Below the pieces are notes generated by a model. That model saw only the letters and a list, made by a program, of their open reading frames with translations, was not told where the DNA came from and searched no databases. Made by a program: the position numbers and the translations under genes. DNA of 64,000 nucleotides from the human T2T-CHM13v2.0 reference genome, Homo sapiens: NCBI RefSeq assembly GCF_009914755.1, contig NC_060927.1. One strand, given 5' to 3'. Shown in pieces: positions 1-14,191 of this stretch. The stretch's first letter is position 1. Each line of letters starts with the position of its first letter.

Positions 1-270
1 TTCCTGAGGATAAAATCAGTGATTTCTCCAAGAAACACTTGGCCCTTTTCTTAGATATTCGGAAACCAAGATCTTGATGGTTGGGTGTACTTATGGCTCC
101 TGAGGTGTCACTGCTTCTGAGCCTTCTTTTTGGGCAGAGTGAGGCAATATATTTATGCATATTAACCTACACATAAACACATTTATGATTGCTTTTGTGT
201 CTAAACATCTGAATATATATTAGGCTACACATAAATTCATACCCATACCTCTGACTCTAATCCTGCCATG
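1..270 (-). mobile_element. Old L1 (L1MD/L1MC-like) 3' UTR fragment
   Basis: 'gatttctccaagaa..gaaaccaagatct..ggtgtcactgcttct..ctgactctaatcc' resembles the recalled antisense L1MD 3' end. Confidence 0.6.
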
Positions 271-1113
271 TGCTTTTAATTCTTCTCTCTGTTTATTTAT
301 ATTGAAGGTATATGCATGTGTTTGCACTAAAGTAAGCAAATATTAGAAAGGAGTCATGTACAGAATTCATGGATATTTATGTACTGAATACATAGTTTTA
401 TTTTAACCTACTCCATTTGCTAATTCCTATTTTACTATAATAAAACCAGAGATTATAGAAAACAGGTGATTAACCATATTAAACATCTATTCAGTGGAAG
501 AACCAAAATAGCACTTGAATTAAGACAGATACATAAAATGCCGTAACAGCAATGTTTTTACTTTTTTTTTTTTTCAGTTTGGGGAAAATAAACATCTGAC
601 ATCACCTTTATTTCAAGAGTGTGTGTACGTGGTGACAATGAAGATATAAGAATTGGAAAAGAAATTTGAGAAGTTGAGAGTAATATAAAAGATTGTTACT
701 TAAAACAATAAATACAAATAAAAGCTGCATTGAATATTTATATCTTAATCTCTTACTAACTAAATGAAGTTAACATATTAAGTTTAAATATTCCTAAGCA
801 GCATCAATGCCTAAGGAAAGATTTATGGTAATGAAGTGTTGACAGTTTTTTGAAATTGCTTATGTATATGTTAGCTGACATTAACATAAGTAAATTGCTT
901 CTGTCTGGAATTCACCTTGAAGCCATTTTCGAATATAATAATTCCCTATCCTCTAATATGAAAGTCATATTTAAATAAAAAATGAGAAGAAAACTGTCTG
1001 TTACCCTTGGGTATTCAGTATGTCCCTGGATTTCTAACTATAGCAGATGATAATAATTGTCGTTATATAACCAGTACATACCAAATTCGACACAATTCAA
1101 ACTAGAGACTTAG

Positions 1114-1449
1114 TCTCATAGTTTCTTTAGTTGCACTGCAGTCTATATTCATATCTGTTCAAATCTAGTCAGTTCCATGTGCCAGTTATTTTTGAAAAAT
1201 AATATCTAGATCTGCTACATTGCTTTTTAAAATTTTTTTTATTTATTTATTTTTTTACAAAGTACCTTTTTCTTAGATTGCTCTGGAAAGCCTACACTTT
1301 TAATATAATTTGTATCCTGAACTTTTAATGCACTGACAGGTAGAATTAGTTGACCTACCATTAGATTGACTTATTTCCTCTGTAGAAAGTTTTATCAGGT
1401 GAGAAGTTTTGGTAATAGAAAAGGTGGCCACATCCTTAATCTGATCTTT
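1114..1449 (+). repeat. Copy 1 (likely donor) of a 335-bp dispersed direct duplication
   Basis: Aligns by eye to 20715-21048 with about 11 substitutions and one 2-nt indel. Confidence 0.95.
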
Positions 1450-3059
1450 TCTCCAGAAAAGGTAATCAACTATAATATTTGATCTCTTACTGTACTTGGT
1501 TTATTTGTATAGATGATTATTTTGGAATTCACCAGCAGAGCACCTTAAAGCCTCCCCTGATACTATCTAAGCTGTCAGTTGTTTCTTCAAGTAAAAATGC
1601 TATTCCATGGAAAAAAAGATTACTTCAACCCTCTACTCAAAATGATAGCACATGTGCTTTTGGATAATCATCGTATGTTCATATACAGCTGAAAGACGTT
1701 TTACATACTTCTGGTTTCATCATACAGAATATTTTTAAAACACGTAGTAACAATCAAGCTTTCATAAAATTAATAAATTGTACCGATTCCTGAAAGACAA
1801 GCTTCAGTGAAACTTTTTTTCCCCTAGGAATACGTGATGGAAAAAAATAACATGACTATCGGTACAGGGTAGTGCCATTGAATTCATGCTAAGGTAACAG
1901 AAGTAATAACCGTCAAAGTAAATGACAATACAGTTGTTCCTGATATACCCTGATATTAAAATCTATCATTAAACTCTTTCAATATAATAGCACAATTTGT
2001 GTTCATTTCCAAGCATTTCCATAGAAGAAGATTTTCTTTGATGATTAGCTGGTACTGATACCCAATAAAAAAAGCAAAACTGCAAGTCCACATATTATCT
2101 GTAGATTCATTCACTTGTAAGACATAGGCATAATTCTACTGATAACACATGGTGTCAATCAATCTTTATGCATACAGCTAAGCATTTCATTTGACAAGTT
2201 ACCTTCTCATTGTAAAAGAACAGTTCTGTGATTTCTGTTACTTCTCATCAAGCAGGCATTCAGCAATGTCAACTGCATAAAGCTTTATTAATCATCTAGC
2301 TATTGAGTGCCTTTCTCTAACCAAGGTAATACAGTGTGATGATTTACCCTGTTAAGACACTTCAGTGGCTTTTTCATTTGCAGTTTGGAAAATTATAAAA
2401 TAAAATTAGAACTCCAAAATATCTTATTGTCTATATTTGAAATATTTAGATCTGTTTCCTTTAAAAGCTAAGCAATTCATTTCAAAACAATGCTACAATT
2501 TAACTGAGAGTATAAGCTTATTTGAAAATCTTTTGTTGTGTAAGACACAAGGGATAAATTATTAACATTTATAAAGCCAAAAATAATACCATTTTTTTAT
2601 ATCAGTGGTCACTACTTAAACTATTTTTTAAAATTTCTTTTGGAGTAAATTTCTGTACTTCATGGGCCAAAAATCTATTTTACCTTTTTCAGCATTGTTT
2701 GACATAGACAATGAATGTGTGGGCTGAAAAAGCAAGTCTTCTGGTTTCCCCCTTTAAACCAATACTCCACTTTGAAACATCAGAAAAATTCCCAACATGT
2801 AAATTTCAATAACCACTTATAATCTCATTAAATAACATTTTTTTGCATGCTTGCTATTGCACCAAATTATCTAGCCGTTCTTTTAATCAGACAGGCCTTT
2901 TTGGTCTCCTTTGCTTGGTCTCCTTTGCTTGCTCCTGCCTCTAAATGTCAAGAGTGTCTCAGTTGAGGGTCTTGCAAAAGTAGCAATTCCTTCTCTCTTT
3001 GGCATGGTCCTCACTATAATCATTCTGATATCAATTAAGGATAATAAAAATCAGGTGAA

Positions 3060-3976
3060 TTAAAGCGGCATGAAGAGAAATTCTAAGCAGAAAAGGGTGA
3101 GTCCCAGGCAAAACTCCACCCTCAAGCTGAAAAGCCTAAAACTTGCCCAAAGTGAGAATTTCTATCCCTGTTTTCTCACTCAAATGTTGCCTTTTCCTAA
3201 ACCACTCATAGCCCTGCCCCACCCTACCCTGTGCCTATAAAAATCCCAGACTCAGCTGGTAGACGGGACTGTGACTGGATATCCGAGAGAAGTGGCTTGA
3301 CTTCAGGGGGACAGCTTAATGGCATAACTTCAGAGAAGAATCTGGCTAGCAATTGCTGTAATTCAGAGGAAGATGAACTGCCTGCCCCATCCTCTTTTCA
3401 GCTCCCCTTCCTGCTGACGGCCACTTTCATCAGCAATAAAAATCCCCCCACATTTGCCATCCTTCAATTCATTTGTGTGATGCCATTTTTCCTGGATGCC
3501 AGACAAGAGCTCGGGAGCCACGAGTTTGGATATGAAAGGCTATCATACTGGCACTTTGCCCTTACTGGTGGAGGGCAGCTCCCTCATGCAGAAAGGCAAA
3601 GTTAACACTTAAGCCGTCTGTGGACAGCAGAGCTAAAAAAGCACTGCAACATGCCCTCTGGGGCTTCAGGAGTAGCAGCCACCCCTGCCTGGATGCTGCC
3701 ACTGGACGTGCACGGAGTTCCCTCTTGCCCAAAGCACACATGCTGGCTCCCACACCCACTCACCTGTGTACTCCCTGCCATGAGGGGTGAAACACACTGG
3801 GTCCAAGTGAGTGGAGTTTGATCCCACTGGCACTGAAGCAGCCGGCCATTTCCAGTGCTCATGCATTCCATTTGCTCATGCACTCCCTCCTGAGAGGAGT
3901 TGAGAGCAGTGGGCTGAGTCAATGAGGCACACCTGTCAGGGGTCCTGCGAGGGTGTCACGGAAATGTCCTGCTTCA
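3060..3976 (+). mobile_element. ERV1 solo LTR, LTR28/LTR27/LTR1-like
   Basis: 'gagaaattctaagcag..ccaccctcaag..gtgcctataaaaatcccagactcag' with a TATA-like box, aataaa at ~3436, and a 3' end 'gaaatgtcctgcttca'; 5' boundary uncertain. Confidence 0.8.
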
Positions 3977-4399
3977 CTATGATATAAAGTTCTAAGCACT
4001 ATCCACTCTGGTTTTGGAGCTAAAAAAGTTGAATTATTCAATATAAAAGTTCTTGTCCTATGACCTGACAGGCTCACTAAGCATTAGCAACTAGTTATTT
4101 TTATTTTTATAATTATAAAAGTCAAACAGAGAAATTTTTCTCACAACCTTCCTCCAACCTTCTAGGCAACTAGCCTATGATTTCTTTCCTTGGGGCATAA
4201 TTTGTGGAATCTATACAAATGTGTTTTACCTTACTTCCAATACAAAGAAAAGTGTTTTCCCCCAGTTTGACTATAGGGACATACTTGCCAAGATAATAAG
4301 AAGGCAAGGAGTCTAAACAAAGATTATTGAATCAGGGGAGTTTCAAGTACTGCATGTAATCTAATCTCATTGCAGATCTTGACAGATTCATGATGGCTG

Positions 4400-6190
4400 A
4401 AGAAACTTTAACCCTCCTTTTATTAAAAGGCAAGGTCTGTTTATTTATCCCTTTGAATCTGAGCTGTCCTATGACTTCTTGAACCAGAAGAATAGGCCCA
4501 TACTGGGCATAGCTTCTTCAGCTTTTTATCACTCTTGGGGAGCTCTAAGATGCCGTGTATTAAATCTAATTATGCTGCTGGCAGCATCATGTGTGGAAGA
4601 CTCTAGAATGCATAGAGAGGAAGGTGTACAAATGGAAGCTTTCTTCTAGCCACCTTCACCAAGTCACGAGACCAAAAGGCTGTCAACTGAATACTGCCAA
4701 GTGACAGCATTGTTGCTACATTGAGCAGAGGAATCCACCAGCCAAGTCTTGTCTGAATCTCTGACTCCTACATTATTAAATATAATTATATTGTTGTTGT
4801 TTAAAGGCATCAAGTTTTGAGGTAGCTTGCTAGGCAGCAATAGATAGCCCTAACAGAATTTGGAAACCGATAGTGAAGTTCCACCATGATAAAAGCAAAA
4901 ATAGTTTTGGTTATGAAACTAGATAATGGTCGGAATCTGAAAAGATCTTAAGAAGAATTTTAGTGGATGCTGGAAGACTTTTAAGACAGTACATGGACAC
5001 CTCAATGGTAAAAAGAAAAACATTATTGGAGGCAAGAGAAAAATGGACACTCTGGATACTCGTTATCTAATTGCAGAAAGTTTGGCAACATTGTCCATGA
5101 CATAATGGAGAAACTAGCAAGGTACTTAATAAATTTGTCTGTCTGGTTGTTGAATCTTTGATACAAAGTATAAAAATTACTTTTTAAAAATTATGATAAA
5201 ATAAGAGATAGGTGCATTAAAGAAGAAAATAAGTTTTTAGTAGAATTTACAGGAAATATAAAAGCAGCCAGGATATCCTGTTAACACAAGCATGCGTGCA
5301 CACACACACACACACACATGCGCTCGTGCACATGCACTTCAAAACAAACAATACGTTTCTCAGTCCATTGTTCTTTTCAGCCATTTCAAGGGCTTTTAAG
5401 GAGCTAAAATGTATGTCTTTGTAGCCTTGCTCTTTTAAATTATAGTTTCTCTAAGAATCCTAAGGATTTTCTGTTCCAGCAGTCTCATATGCCACCTACC
5501 ATGACAAAAAGCATGTCTCAAAAAAACAGCATATGAATATGTCAAATGGAGTAAACGCTAGTGAAATTCATAGAAAACCCACAAAGTTTTTGATACAATG
5601 ATAAAAAATAAAAAGAGACTTTGGAGTCCCCCAAATACAATGAGAATGAAGAAGGTAGAAAAGCCTAGTGTCTTGCAAATCTAGGCCATTTCTTATGAAA
5701 AAGAAGGGATATCACAAAGGGTGGTGTCAAGAACACAAAGCAAGACAATATTCAAGGAGAACAATGGAATGTGGAGCGATAATCAGAACTTGAAAATAAT
5801 GCATCCAAATGAGAGAACTGAAATTGAGATGGGCAGAACCAGTCCAGACTGCAAGAACTGTAAACAATGAACTAAATAGAATAAGTGCATTTTAAGTTGC
5901 TGAGTTTCAGAGCAGTTTGCTATGAAGCAAAACTTTGCTGACACAACCATGTTAGATTACATCCTAACTATTACAGAAAAGTGGTACAAGAGAGTGAAGG
6001 AATGTCATAAAAATGACCTACATTCATAGCAGTTTTATAATACAGCAAGGGTAACAATAGAGGAGGTTTGAAAGGTAATGACACATGCAATTCTATGGCA
6101 AAACATCCGTTAAACTGTCACCTGAAATACTTCAGAAGGTAGACTGCCTACCAACACAGCCTATAATTTGGGCATAATTGGTTGCAAATT
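4400..6190 (+). mobile_element. MaLR MLT1 (G/H-like) LTR plus degraded MLT1 internal sequence
   Basis: 'ccctttgaatctgagctg..' LTR body ending '..agcaatagatagccctaaca', followed by an internal-type start 'gaatttggaaacc'; a second LTR-end motif at ~5880-5945. Confidence 0.6.
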
Positions 6191-6460
6191 TGATTTCTTT
6201 TAGCATGTGTGCATTTCAGTAATTATGCAAAGCATGTTCTGATAAAATCAGAAAGATCATCTATATACCTTTCGTTAAGGGGAAGGCCTTCAATGTTTCC
6301 ATTCTCTTTTCTTATTAAAAAAAAACCCATACCCCACATCTTGTTGGTAATGAAACATAATTATTTCTGCCTCAGTAAAAATAGAATAAAATTAACCTTC
6401 GCTGGAGGTAGGAAGTTATGTTTTGGCACTTATAAAGGTATTCTTGTTTAAAACAAGCTT

Positions 6461-6991
6461 TGTGGAACCCAGTCTCCAAGATGGCCCCCAGTAGTTCTCA
6501 CCTCCCATTTTTCATCAGCTTGTCCAATGCCCTCACACACTGAATACAGTAAATTTATATGATCATTAGGAAAACATGGAGGTGGCAGTATGTAATTTCT
6601 GGGGCTAGATAATAAAAGGCACTGTCACTTAAGCTTCTGTCTTTTGGATCATTCACACTGGGGAAACGCTGCTATGTTGTGAGAACCCTTAAGCAGCGCT
6701 GGGGAAAGAATTCCATGGATTGGATGGAGGACTGAGGCCCCCTGTCACCAACCAGCTGACCATGCTAGTGAGTCACTTTGGAAGTGGCTCCTTCAGCCCC
6801 AGTGAAATCTTTAGATAACTCTATCCCTGGCTAATGTTTTGATTGAAATCTCATGAGAGACCCCAAACCAGAACTTCTCAGCTAAATGGTTCCCCAATTT
6901 CTGGTCTGTACATACTGTGAGAAAAAAAAATGTTTCTTGTTATTTTAACTATATTTTCAGGCAATTACTAATCCAGCAATAAATAACTAAT
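6461..6991 (+). mobile_element. MLT1E/F-like LTR
   Basis: 'tgtgg..tctccaagatggccccc..' start; 'tgagagaccc..ccagaac..' body; end 'agcaataaataactaata'. Confidence 0.7.
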
Positions 6992-7003
6992 AAAACTATA
7001 AAC

Positions 7004-8124
7004 AAACCCTAGAAGAAAACCTAGGTAATACCATTCAGGACATAGGCATGGGCAAGGGCTTTATGTCTAAAACACCAAAAGCAATGACAACAAAAGCTAA
7101 AATTGACAAATGGGACCTAATTAAACAAAAGAGCTTCTGCACAGCAAAAGAAACTACTATCAGAGTGAACAGGCAACCTACAGAATGGGAGAAAATTTTT
7201 GCAATCTACTCATCTGACGAAGGGCTAATATCCAGAATCTACAATGAACTCAAACAAATTTACAAGAAAAAAGCAAACAACCCCATCAACAAGTGGGCGA
7301 AAGATATGAACAGACCCTTCTCAAAACAAGACATTTATGCAGCCAAAAAGACACATGGAAAAATGCTCATAATCACTGGCCATCAGAGAAATGCAAATCA
7401 AAACCACTATGAGATACCATCTCACACCAGTTAGAATGGCGATCATTAAAAAGTCAGGAAACAACAGGTGCTGGAGAGGATGTGGAGAAATAGGAACACT
7501 TTTACACTGTTGGTGGGACTGTAAACTAGTTCAACCATTGTGGAAGTCAGTGTGGCGATTCCTCAGGGATCTAGAACTAGAAATACCATTTGACCCAGCC
7601 ATCCCATTACTGGGTATATACCCAAAGGATTATAAATCATGCTGCTATAAAGACACATGCACACGTATGTTTATTGTGGCACTATTCACAATAGCAAAGA
7701 CTTGGAACCAACCCAAATGTCCAACAATGATAGACTGGATTAAGAAAATGTGGCACATATACACCATGGAATACTATGCTGCCATAAAAAATGATGAGTT
7801 CATGTCCTTTGTAGGGACATGGATGAAGCTGGAAACCACCATTCTCAGCAAACTATCGCAAGGACAAAAAACCAAACACCGCATATTCTCATTCACAGGT
7901 GGGAATTGAACAATGAGAACACATGGACACAGGAAGGGGAACATCACACACAGGGGCCTGTTGTGGGGTGGGGGGAGCGGGGAGGCGTAGCATTAGTAGA
8001 TATACCTAATGTTAAATGATGAGTTACTGGGTACAGCACACCAACGTGGCACATGTATACATATGTAACTAACCTGCACGTTGCGCACATGTATCCTAAA
8101 ACTTAAAGTATAATAATAAAAAAA
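7004..8124 (+). mobile_element. 5'-truncated L1PA (about L1PA3-5): ORF2 C-terminus and 3' UTR
   Basis: ORFs 7048-7434 and 7391-7909 translate to the L1 ORF2p C-terminus ([18 protein letters not shown] zinc knuckle) with a frameshift near 7350; G-rich 3' UTR and A tail; perfect 16-bp TSD aaaactataaacaaac at 6992-7007 and 8121-8136. Confidence 0.97.
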
Positions 8125-8204
8125 CTATAAACAAACATTTTATGTCTTAAATTTTACTTGACTGCTGTATTGCTTTTTCTTTAAAAGTACTGTCTTTGGA
8201 CACA

Positions 8205-8381
8205 GCACTTGAATTTGCCACTTTGTAAATTTGAGCAAGTTGTTCATTTTCATATGCCCCATTTCTCCAATCTGCAAAGTGGAATAATAATGGTAATCAC
8301 ATGGTTAAGGCTTATGCAATTTACATGAAATAACATACATAAGTGATTGAAAATATACCTGGCACATAGTAAACACCCAAC
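8205..8381 (+). mobile_element. MIR fragment
   Basis: 'ttgagcaagtt..tctgcaaagtggaataataatgg..cctggcacatagtaaacac' matches the MIR core and 3' end. Confidence 0.7.
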
Positions 8382-10382
8382 CTCTATCAAAATTAATTTT
8401 TGTGGAAAGGCTAATGGCTTAAGGTTGAATATACAGCAAATCACATTTTCCCAGATTCTAATATTTCAGGCTTTTTTTTTTTTTTACAAAATATGATACT
8501 TAATAAAACTGTTATTTTTTTCTCATGAAATATTTCTCAAAGTTCCTTTCATTTCTACTTGTTATTGTTTCACAATATCGTTACACATTTTGTATTCCGG
8601 CTATAATCAAGACAAACTTTATTAAGATAGGTAGTGGTTGTTTCTAATAAATGAAATAGCCATCCTAAGGCACAGTATGGAAGATGAATATCACTTCAAA
8701 GTCTAGATACAGAGTAGAGACTTCTATTAAGTATGCACTCTCCAATTTTAGACTCACATTCTTTATCTGAGCTTTGCACTCCTTGGGAGACATATCAAAT
8801 TGTAATTATTGCCCTTTTGATATTTACTACAGCAAATAATTTATTTCCTATGATCCTTTTCATTTTACTTTCATAAATAAAACATTCTTTCACTTATTGT
8901 ATGTTTTATTGTTATTGAGACCAAATTCTAGGACTAGCATCAGAAATGTATTTCTTCAGTTGGCCATTTTATTGTTCCTTTTGCTACCATTTGTTGGAAA
9001 TAATTATGCATTACATGCTATGAATATTAGAAGCCATCACTTGTATAACTCGTGTCTGTTTTCTAAGTTGCGAATGACTGATTCTTCCCTAAATAATGCT
9101 TTTTTTTTTCAAGCACAACTATTTCCCATACATATGATGAAAAAGTCATGCTCTCAAAATATAACAAGTATAATATTAACTACCCTGGCTCTATGTTGTT
9201 TTTGAAACATTATACTTCAATCATTGAGGTTAATTATTGACTCTTTCTCAAGAAAACAAAATAAAAATGACAACTTAATGTGGCTAACAATGTAATAATT
9301 TAATAGAGATACTGACATCTAAATTGGGCTGTGTTTTATTCGTTCAATAGAAATTATAGTTTCAAGTATGGAAGAAAACGTCAATGAGATTATAAATTGT
9401 ATTTATCATATAAATTAATATAATAAAGAGTCCATTTTCAATTTATTATATAGGAAGAAATAGGAAAGGCTCTCATGCCATCATTGGTTTTACTTTTGGC
9501 TTGGCTAATGACAGCACTAAAGACACATTTCATTGTGTGTTTTTTTGTGCAGAACAGGAAAGTACACATACAGCATTCTGTGTTCTAGTTACTAGAACAC
9601 AGCCAGTTAGGTGACATTTGAAAACTGTTACTGCCAAAGCAAGTCAGTTTGCAAAATGTAATATCAAATTTTGAAACATTTGTATGAAATGACTTGTCAC
9701 ATGCTGAGTGTTTGCCATACACAACACAGAGATTTGCTTTACTTTTTTTTTAATCCTCAAAAGAGAATAGGAAAGAAAAGGTCCACTCTGCATTTTCCCC
9801 CCATTCCTATCTCTGCTTGAGTAAAACATAGTCTGTGGCTGTGGAAGAAACTCCCAGTCATATCATACAGACACTTGACAGGAGAAGCATTATATATTCA
9901 ATTAGCCAAAAATATATTAATGAGTGTGTGTGTATATATATATATATATATGTAAATACATACACACATACTGCATTCCTGCTAGATTGCTTCTCACTCG
10001 GTAACTCTACACAGGCTCTGGAGTATGTCCAGAGAAATTGTCTCCATCGTGTGTCTAAGCAGTTCATATTTCTCCCTAAATGATCTGAGAAATGTTTTTA
10101 ATTAAAATTAATTTTTCCAAATCAAAGGACACATTTCCTAAGAATGAACTGGTGCAGAAGTTTTTAACCACATGTAACCTGGAGCAATATTTACTAGAAT
10201 GTTTTCCCTAATTTTGCTTGCATACCTTTTTTTGTCATTGTAATTGCGCTAGCAAAAATACCAAGGAATAGGTCATACTACCTTAGTCCAGGCCAAAAAT
10301 AAGAAATGGGTTTTATGCATATCTTATGTACTTAATTACAAATAATAATAAAGCACAATAAAACAGAATATTATTAAATATA

Positions 10383-10468
10383 GAAAAGAAAGAAAAAAGG
10401 AGAGGGAAGACGGGAGGGAGGGAAGGAAGGAAAGAATGTATGAGGGAGGGATTGAAGGAAGGAAGCAA
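10383..10468 (+). repeat. Purine-rich (GA/GGAA) low-complexity tract
   Basis: 'gaaaagaaagaaaaaaggagagggaagacgggagggagggaaggaagg..'. Confidence 0.8.
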
Positions 10469-11296
10469 GCTACTTGGTACTTGGTTTTCCTATGAAACCA
10501 CCTAATTTACACAAAAGAAAGTATTTCTGCATGTCTTCCGCTTTCTGCCTGAGGAAGAAGAGGAGTGATAATGACCTCTGAGTCTAGAAACTCTCTGCCA
10601 GAGACTAGGAGGTAGTGAACATAGAGGAAGAGGATTTGCAGCCAGCATACAGTGAAATATTATATTAAAAAAATTATTACATAGGAATAACTTACCAACT
10701 CAGACAAATGCTGAGATTTAAAATCAAGAAAACTTAATAAAATTAAGTTCAAAGGATGCACTTCAGGAAGAAATATAATTATCCCAGAAGAAAAGTTAAA
10801 AGTATCATAAATGTATTGAAAAAACCTGGCATGGGTTGGAAGGTGAAAGAGAAAAAATAACTGATTTGTTAATTCACTTAGATTTTGATAAAAATTTTCA
10901 AATAATTTAAACACATGGAAGAAAGTAATTAGTTTTAAGAGTGTTACTATTTGGAAATATATCTACTTCAAATCAGACAAAACACGTAAAAAATAAAAGA
11001 TATTTTCAAATATTTATCTGTTCTCATCTTGAGGCTTGAAACCATGGTTAGAAAAGGGTTTTCTGGATGAGGGAAGCTGATATGTTGATTATTATGTTTG
11101 TCCTTATATGTCTAAACTTTTGCTTCATGACGTCTCTCCTAATACCACAAAAGCAACTCCTAAGTATCTGAATTCACCTCAGCTTGCTAATTTTCTATTA
11201 CAGATGACTTATTTTTTACACAAACTAGAAAGTATTTATGGCATTATTGGTGCAACACTATAGCCTTGAAGTAAAAAGTTCTAACCTTAGAAGTCA

Positions 11297-11297
<1 letters not shown>

Positions 11298-11329
<32 letters not shown>
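11298..11329 (+). repeat. (CA)n microsatellite
   Basis: About 16 uninterrupted CA units. Confidence 0.95.
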
Positions 11330-11331
<2 letters not shown>

Positions 11332-12540
11332 GTTTCTCATTCAGTCTAACAAGGAAGAATGTTCTCATTTCAATAGTCAATATTGCTTTTTATCAACTTA
11401 TTGCAAACTGAAAATAGTGACATACTTTTGTTTCAAAAGCGCATACAATGAATTGGGGGAACGGGTGGTAAAAATGTGAAAATCAAATAAAGAGGTTTTT
11501 TTCTTGATTGATTAATTTTATTTTCAATGCAATATTTTAATTAAATAGTACTGCTAAATTTTCTGCCCAAATGACTTCCAATAAAACAATATTCATATCA
11601 AAACACAGGATGTGGGAGATGTTAGTATATATTTGATGCAATTTTCATCTCTGTATATGATATATGTATTTGTATGTATATGGTATATATATATGTTGTG
11701 TATGTAATTTTCATATCTGTATATGGTAGGAGGAAAGGGAAAACTTTTAGACTTTACATTTATTTTTCTAGAGTTTTTAAAGTATTATATAGATTTCTAG
11801 TTAGTACATTCAATAAATGTTTTTTATATATAATACGGCAATTCCAGTAGTCTTCGGTAGCAATATGTAGAGTACAAATAGACATTTTTGTTTAATAACA
11901 CATTATTGAATAAAATTGGAAAAATAGCCTCAGTTTCCATGTACATAAAAGCTTTTAAATATCCGTAGAATAAATTCATGTAGATATAACAACAGAGTAC
12001 ATATTTTTCAGTGAAATTTTCAAATTTATTTACTTGTTGATTCTGAATTATTAAGCAAATAATAATCTTCCCTGTTATCCACCCAGTAATATCAGCTTTC
12101 TTGGATGTTTACAGTATTCTATCATTATCTTGGTAGTGAATCTCTTACTAAAATGTTTCGTGAATTTTTTACTAGTCTGCTACTAAAATTGCTTTCTGAA
12201 TTTTTCTTTCATTCTATTTCCTTTTAAGTTTTTTTTCCATTTACATAATTAAAACATTTTAAATGGGGAAACAGAAACCTTTAGGATTAATGGACAGAGT
12301 AATTTGTCTCATAATGTACAAAATTTACTTTTATTCATTCATTTGTATTTTCGTTTATGCATGAACTCAGTCCACATTTGCTAATCACTTTCTATTTTTC
12401 AGAGATTTATGGTTAGTATATTGGGTACAAAAATAAAGAACTTTCTCTGATTATAATATGGATCAGTATTTTAATTTGTAGATAGATTGTTTTAATAACT
12501 CAGGAGTTGTTAAAACATCTCTACTTGGAAAAGAGAGGTT

Positions 12541-12600
12541 ATGACTGAAGAATCTCTTTCAGAGTTCTGGATGACTGAAGAATCTCTTTCAGAGTTCTGG
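12541..12600 (+). repeat. Perfect 30-bp tandem duplication
   Basis: atgactgaagaatctctttcagagttctgg x2. Confidence 0.97.
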
Positions 12601-13509
12601 GTCTTCAGCACTAGTGGAAACTTTTGTCAGCCAATCATAAGAACAATGGGATATTTCATTCAGAGAGTAGAATTACATGTAAGAAATTTCACTGGTGAGG
12701 CAAGTGGAGAGTGAAGAACTCAAAAAAAATGTCTAGGAAGCAGAATGACTAGAATTAAGGATTCTTTCATCAAGAGATTGATCAATTTTTCCATTCAACA
12801 ATGTAACATTACTATTGTTTTGTGTGTGTGTCTGTGTGTGTGTGTATGTGTCTTTATAGCTATGGTTTCAGGGACAAAGCTCAAGCCTTGTCTTGAACTG
12901 GCTATGAAATGTTCTGTGCATATTTTCATCTCTTCTCTCTGAATTTGTGATAGTCTCTAACACATATTGAATTTCAGTAAATATTTATTGAATGATTAAA
13001 ATAAAATGGTTTGTAAGATGAGAAAGGCCATGAAACTAAAAAAAATGTATGTTTTAAAGACTAAGACATTTACCAGTCTGAATAGAGCCCAGTATTCCCC
13101 AAAACATTTTGGAATCATTCTATACTATGTAGTGAACTGGAAAAATATTCTCTAAGACTTAAGGCTTTTTAAAAAGTCATGAAGTCTGGTTATTGTAGTC
13201 TAACATCAATTTGGGGTCACAAGTACTTATAACAAATCAATTCATTTAATTCATTCTGTTTGCTGTTATAATTTCATATGATAATAAAAATTTTTAATAT
13301 ACTTTTGAAATGTTCTAAAATCCCCTGAATTATAATTTCTCCATTGTAACTGACCATATACCAAAATTTTCTTTTTGAAATCAATGTAACTGAGATGCCT
13401 ATTTCATTTTCTGTTCCCTTATTAAAATAAAAAAATGACTTAGGTTTGTGGCAGATGGCAAATCACTTCAAGATCAAAATAATAATGAAGTAATATAATT
13501 AAAAACACA

Positions 13510-13880
13510 TTAGTTAAATGAAAACCTGTCCATGTTAAGGCTGGTACAAAATATTCATTACGGCTTTATTCATAAAAGCAAAAATTGATAAACAATCTAA
13601 ATGTCCATGTAAAAGCAATAAAATGAATCCAACTATTGAATAATAACAGGCAATGAGCTACTGATATATACACCATGAAGGAATCCCAAAAGCATTATGC
13701 TAAGTAAAAGAAGCAAGATATACATGACTGCACACTGTAGAATTACATTTTTAAGTTCTAAAAATGGCAAAACAATAGTGATGGCAGATATGTGGTTGCC
13801 AGGGACTGAGAGTGAGAAAAGGAGATTGACCAGAAAGGAACACAGAAAGCAGGTGGGGTAAAACTGTGGGAAGATATAGA
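13510..13880 (+). mobile_element. Old L1 (L1MB/L1ME-like) 3' fragment
   Basis: 'ctttattcataa..aaacaatctaaatgtcca..cattatgctaagtaaaagaagc..gtggttgccaggg'. Confidence 0.7.
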
Positions 13881-14191
13881 GAAATGAAAAATCAAACACA
13901 AACAAAGTAGAGTCTTGCAGAGTTAACTGTCATTTTCCCAGTAGAATCAAAGCTTAGAGTCAACCAATACAAGTGCAGGAATGAGCAGTGTATCTATCAA
14001 CTCACAGGTCATGGATAAAGCAAAGCAGCATAGAGAGAAGGGACATGTGTCTGTAGGTACCACTCAGTGGTAACTTGTAAATCTCCAGACTAAATTCCAT
14101 CAAAAGCAGTGAGCAAAGAAAATGTGCCAGGAACAGGTTGTGTTACCTGTAGGCATTCTTTACCCCAGCTTACCCACTAAATAACATAGTT

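Noticed and set aside
2901-2931. 14-bp tandem repeat ttggtctcctttgc x2 (similar short repeats at ~16026-16067 and ~45818-45865)
   Set aside because: Routine short slippage duplications.
3231-3922. Cluster of overlapping ORFs on both strands
   Set aside because: They lie within a GC-richer solo LTR with low stop-codon density and show no protein similarity I recognise.
7048-7909. ORFs of 128 and 172 aa as a host gene
   Set aside because: They are frameshifted pieces of L1 ORF2p in a 5'-truncated element bounded by a TSD.
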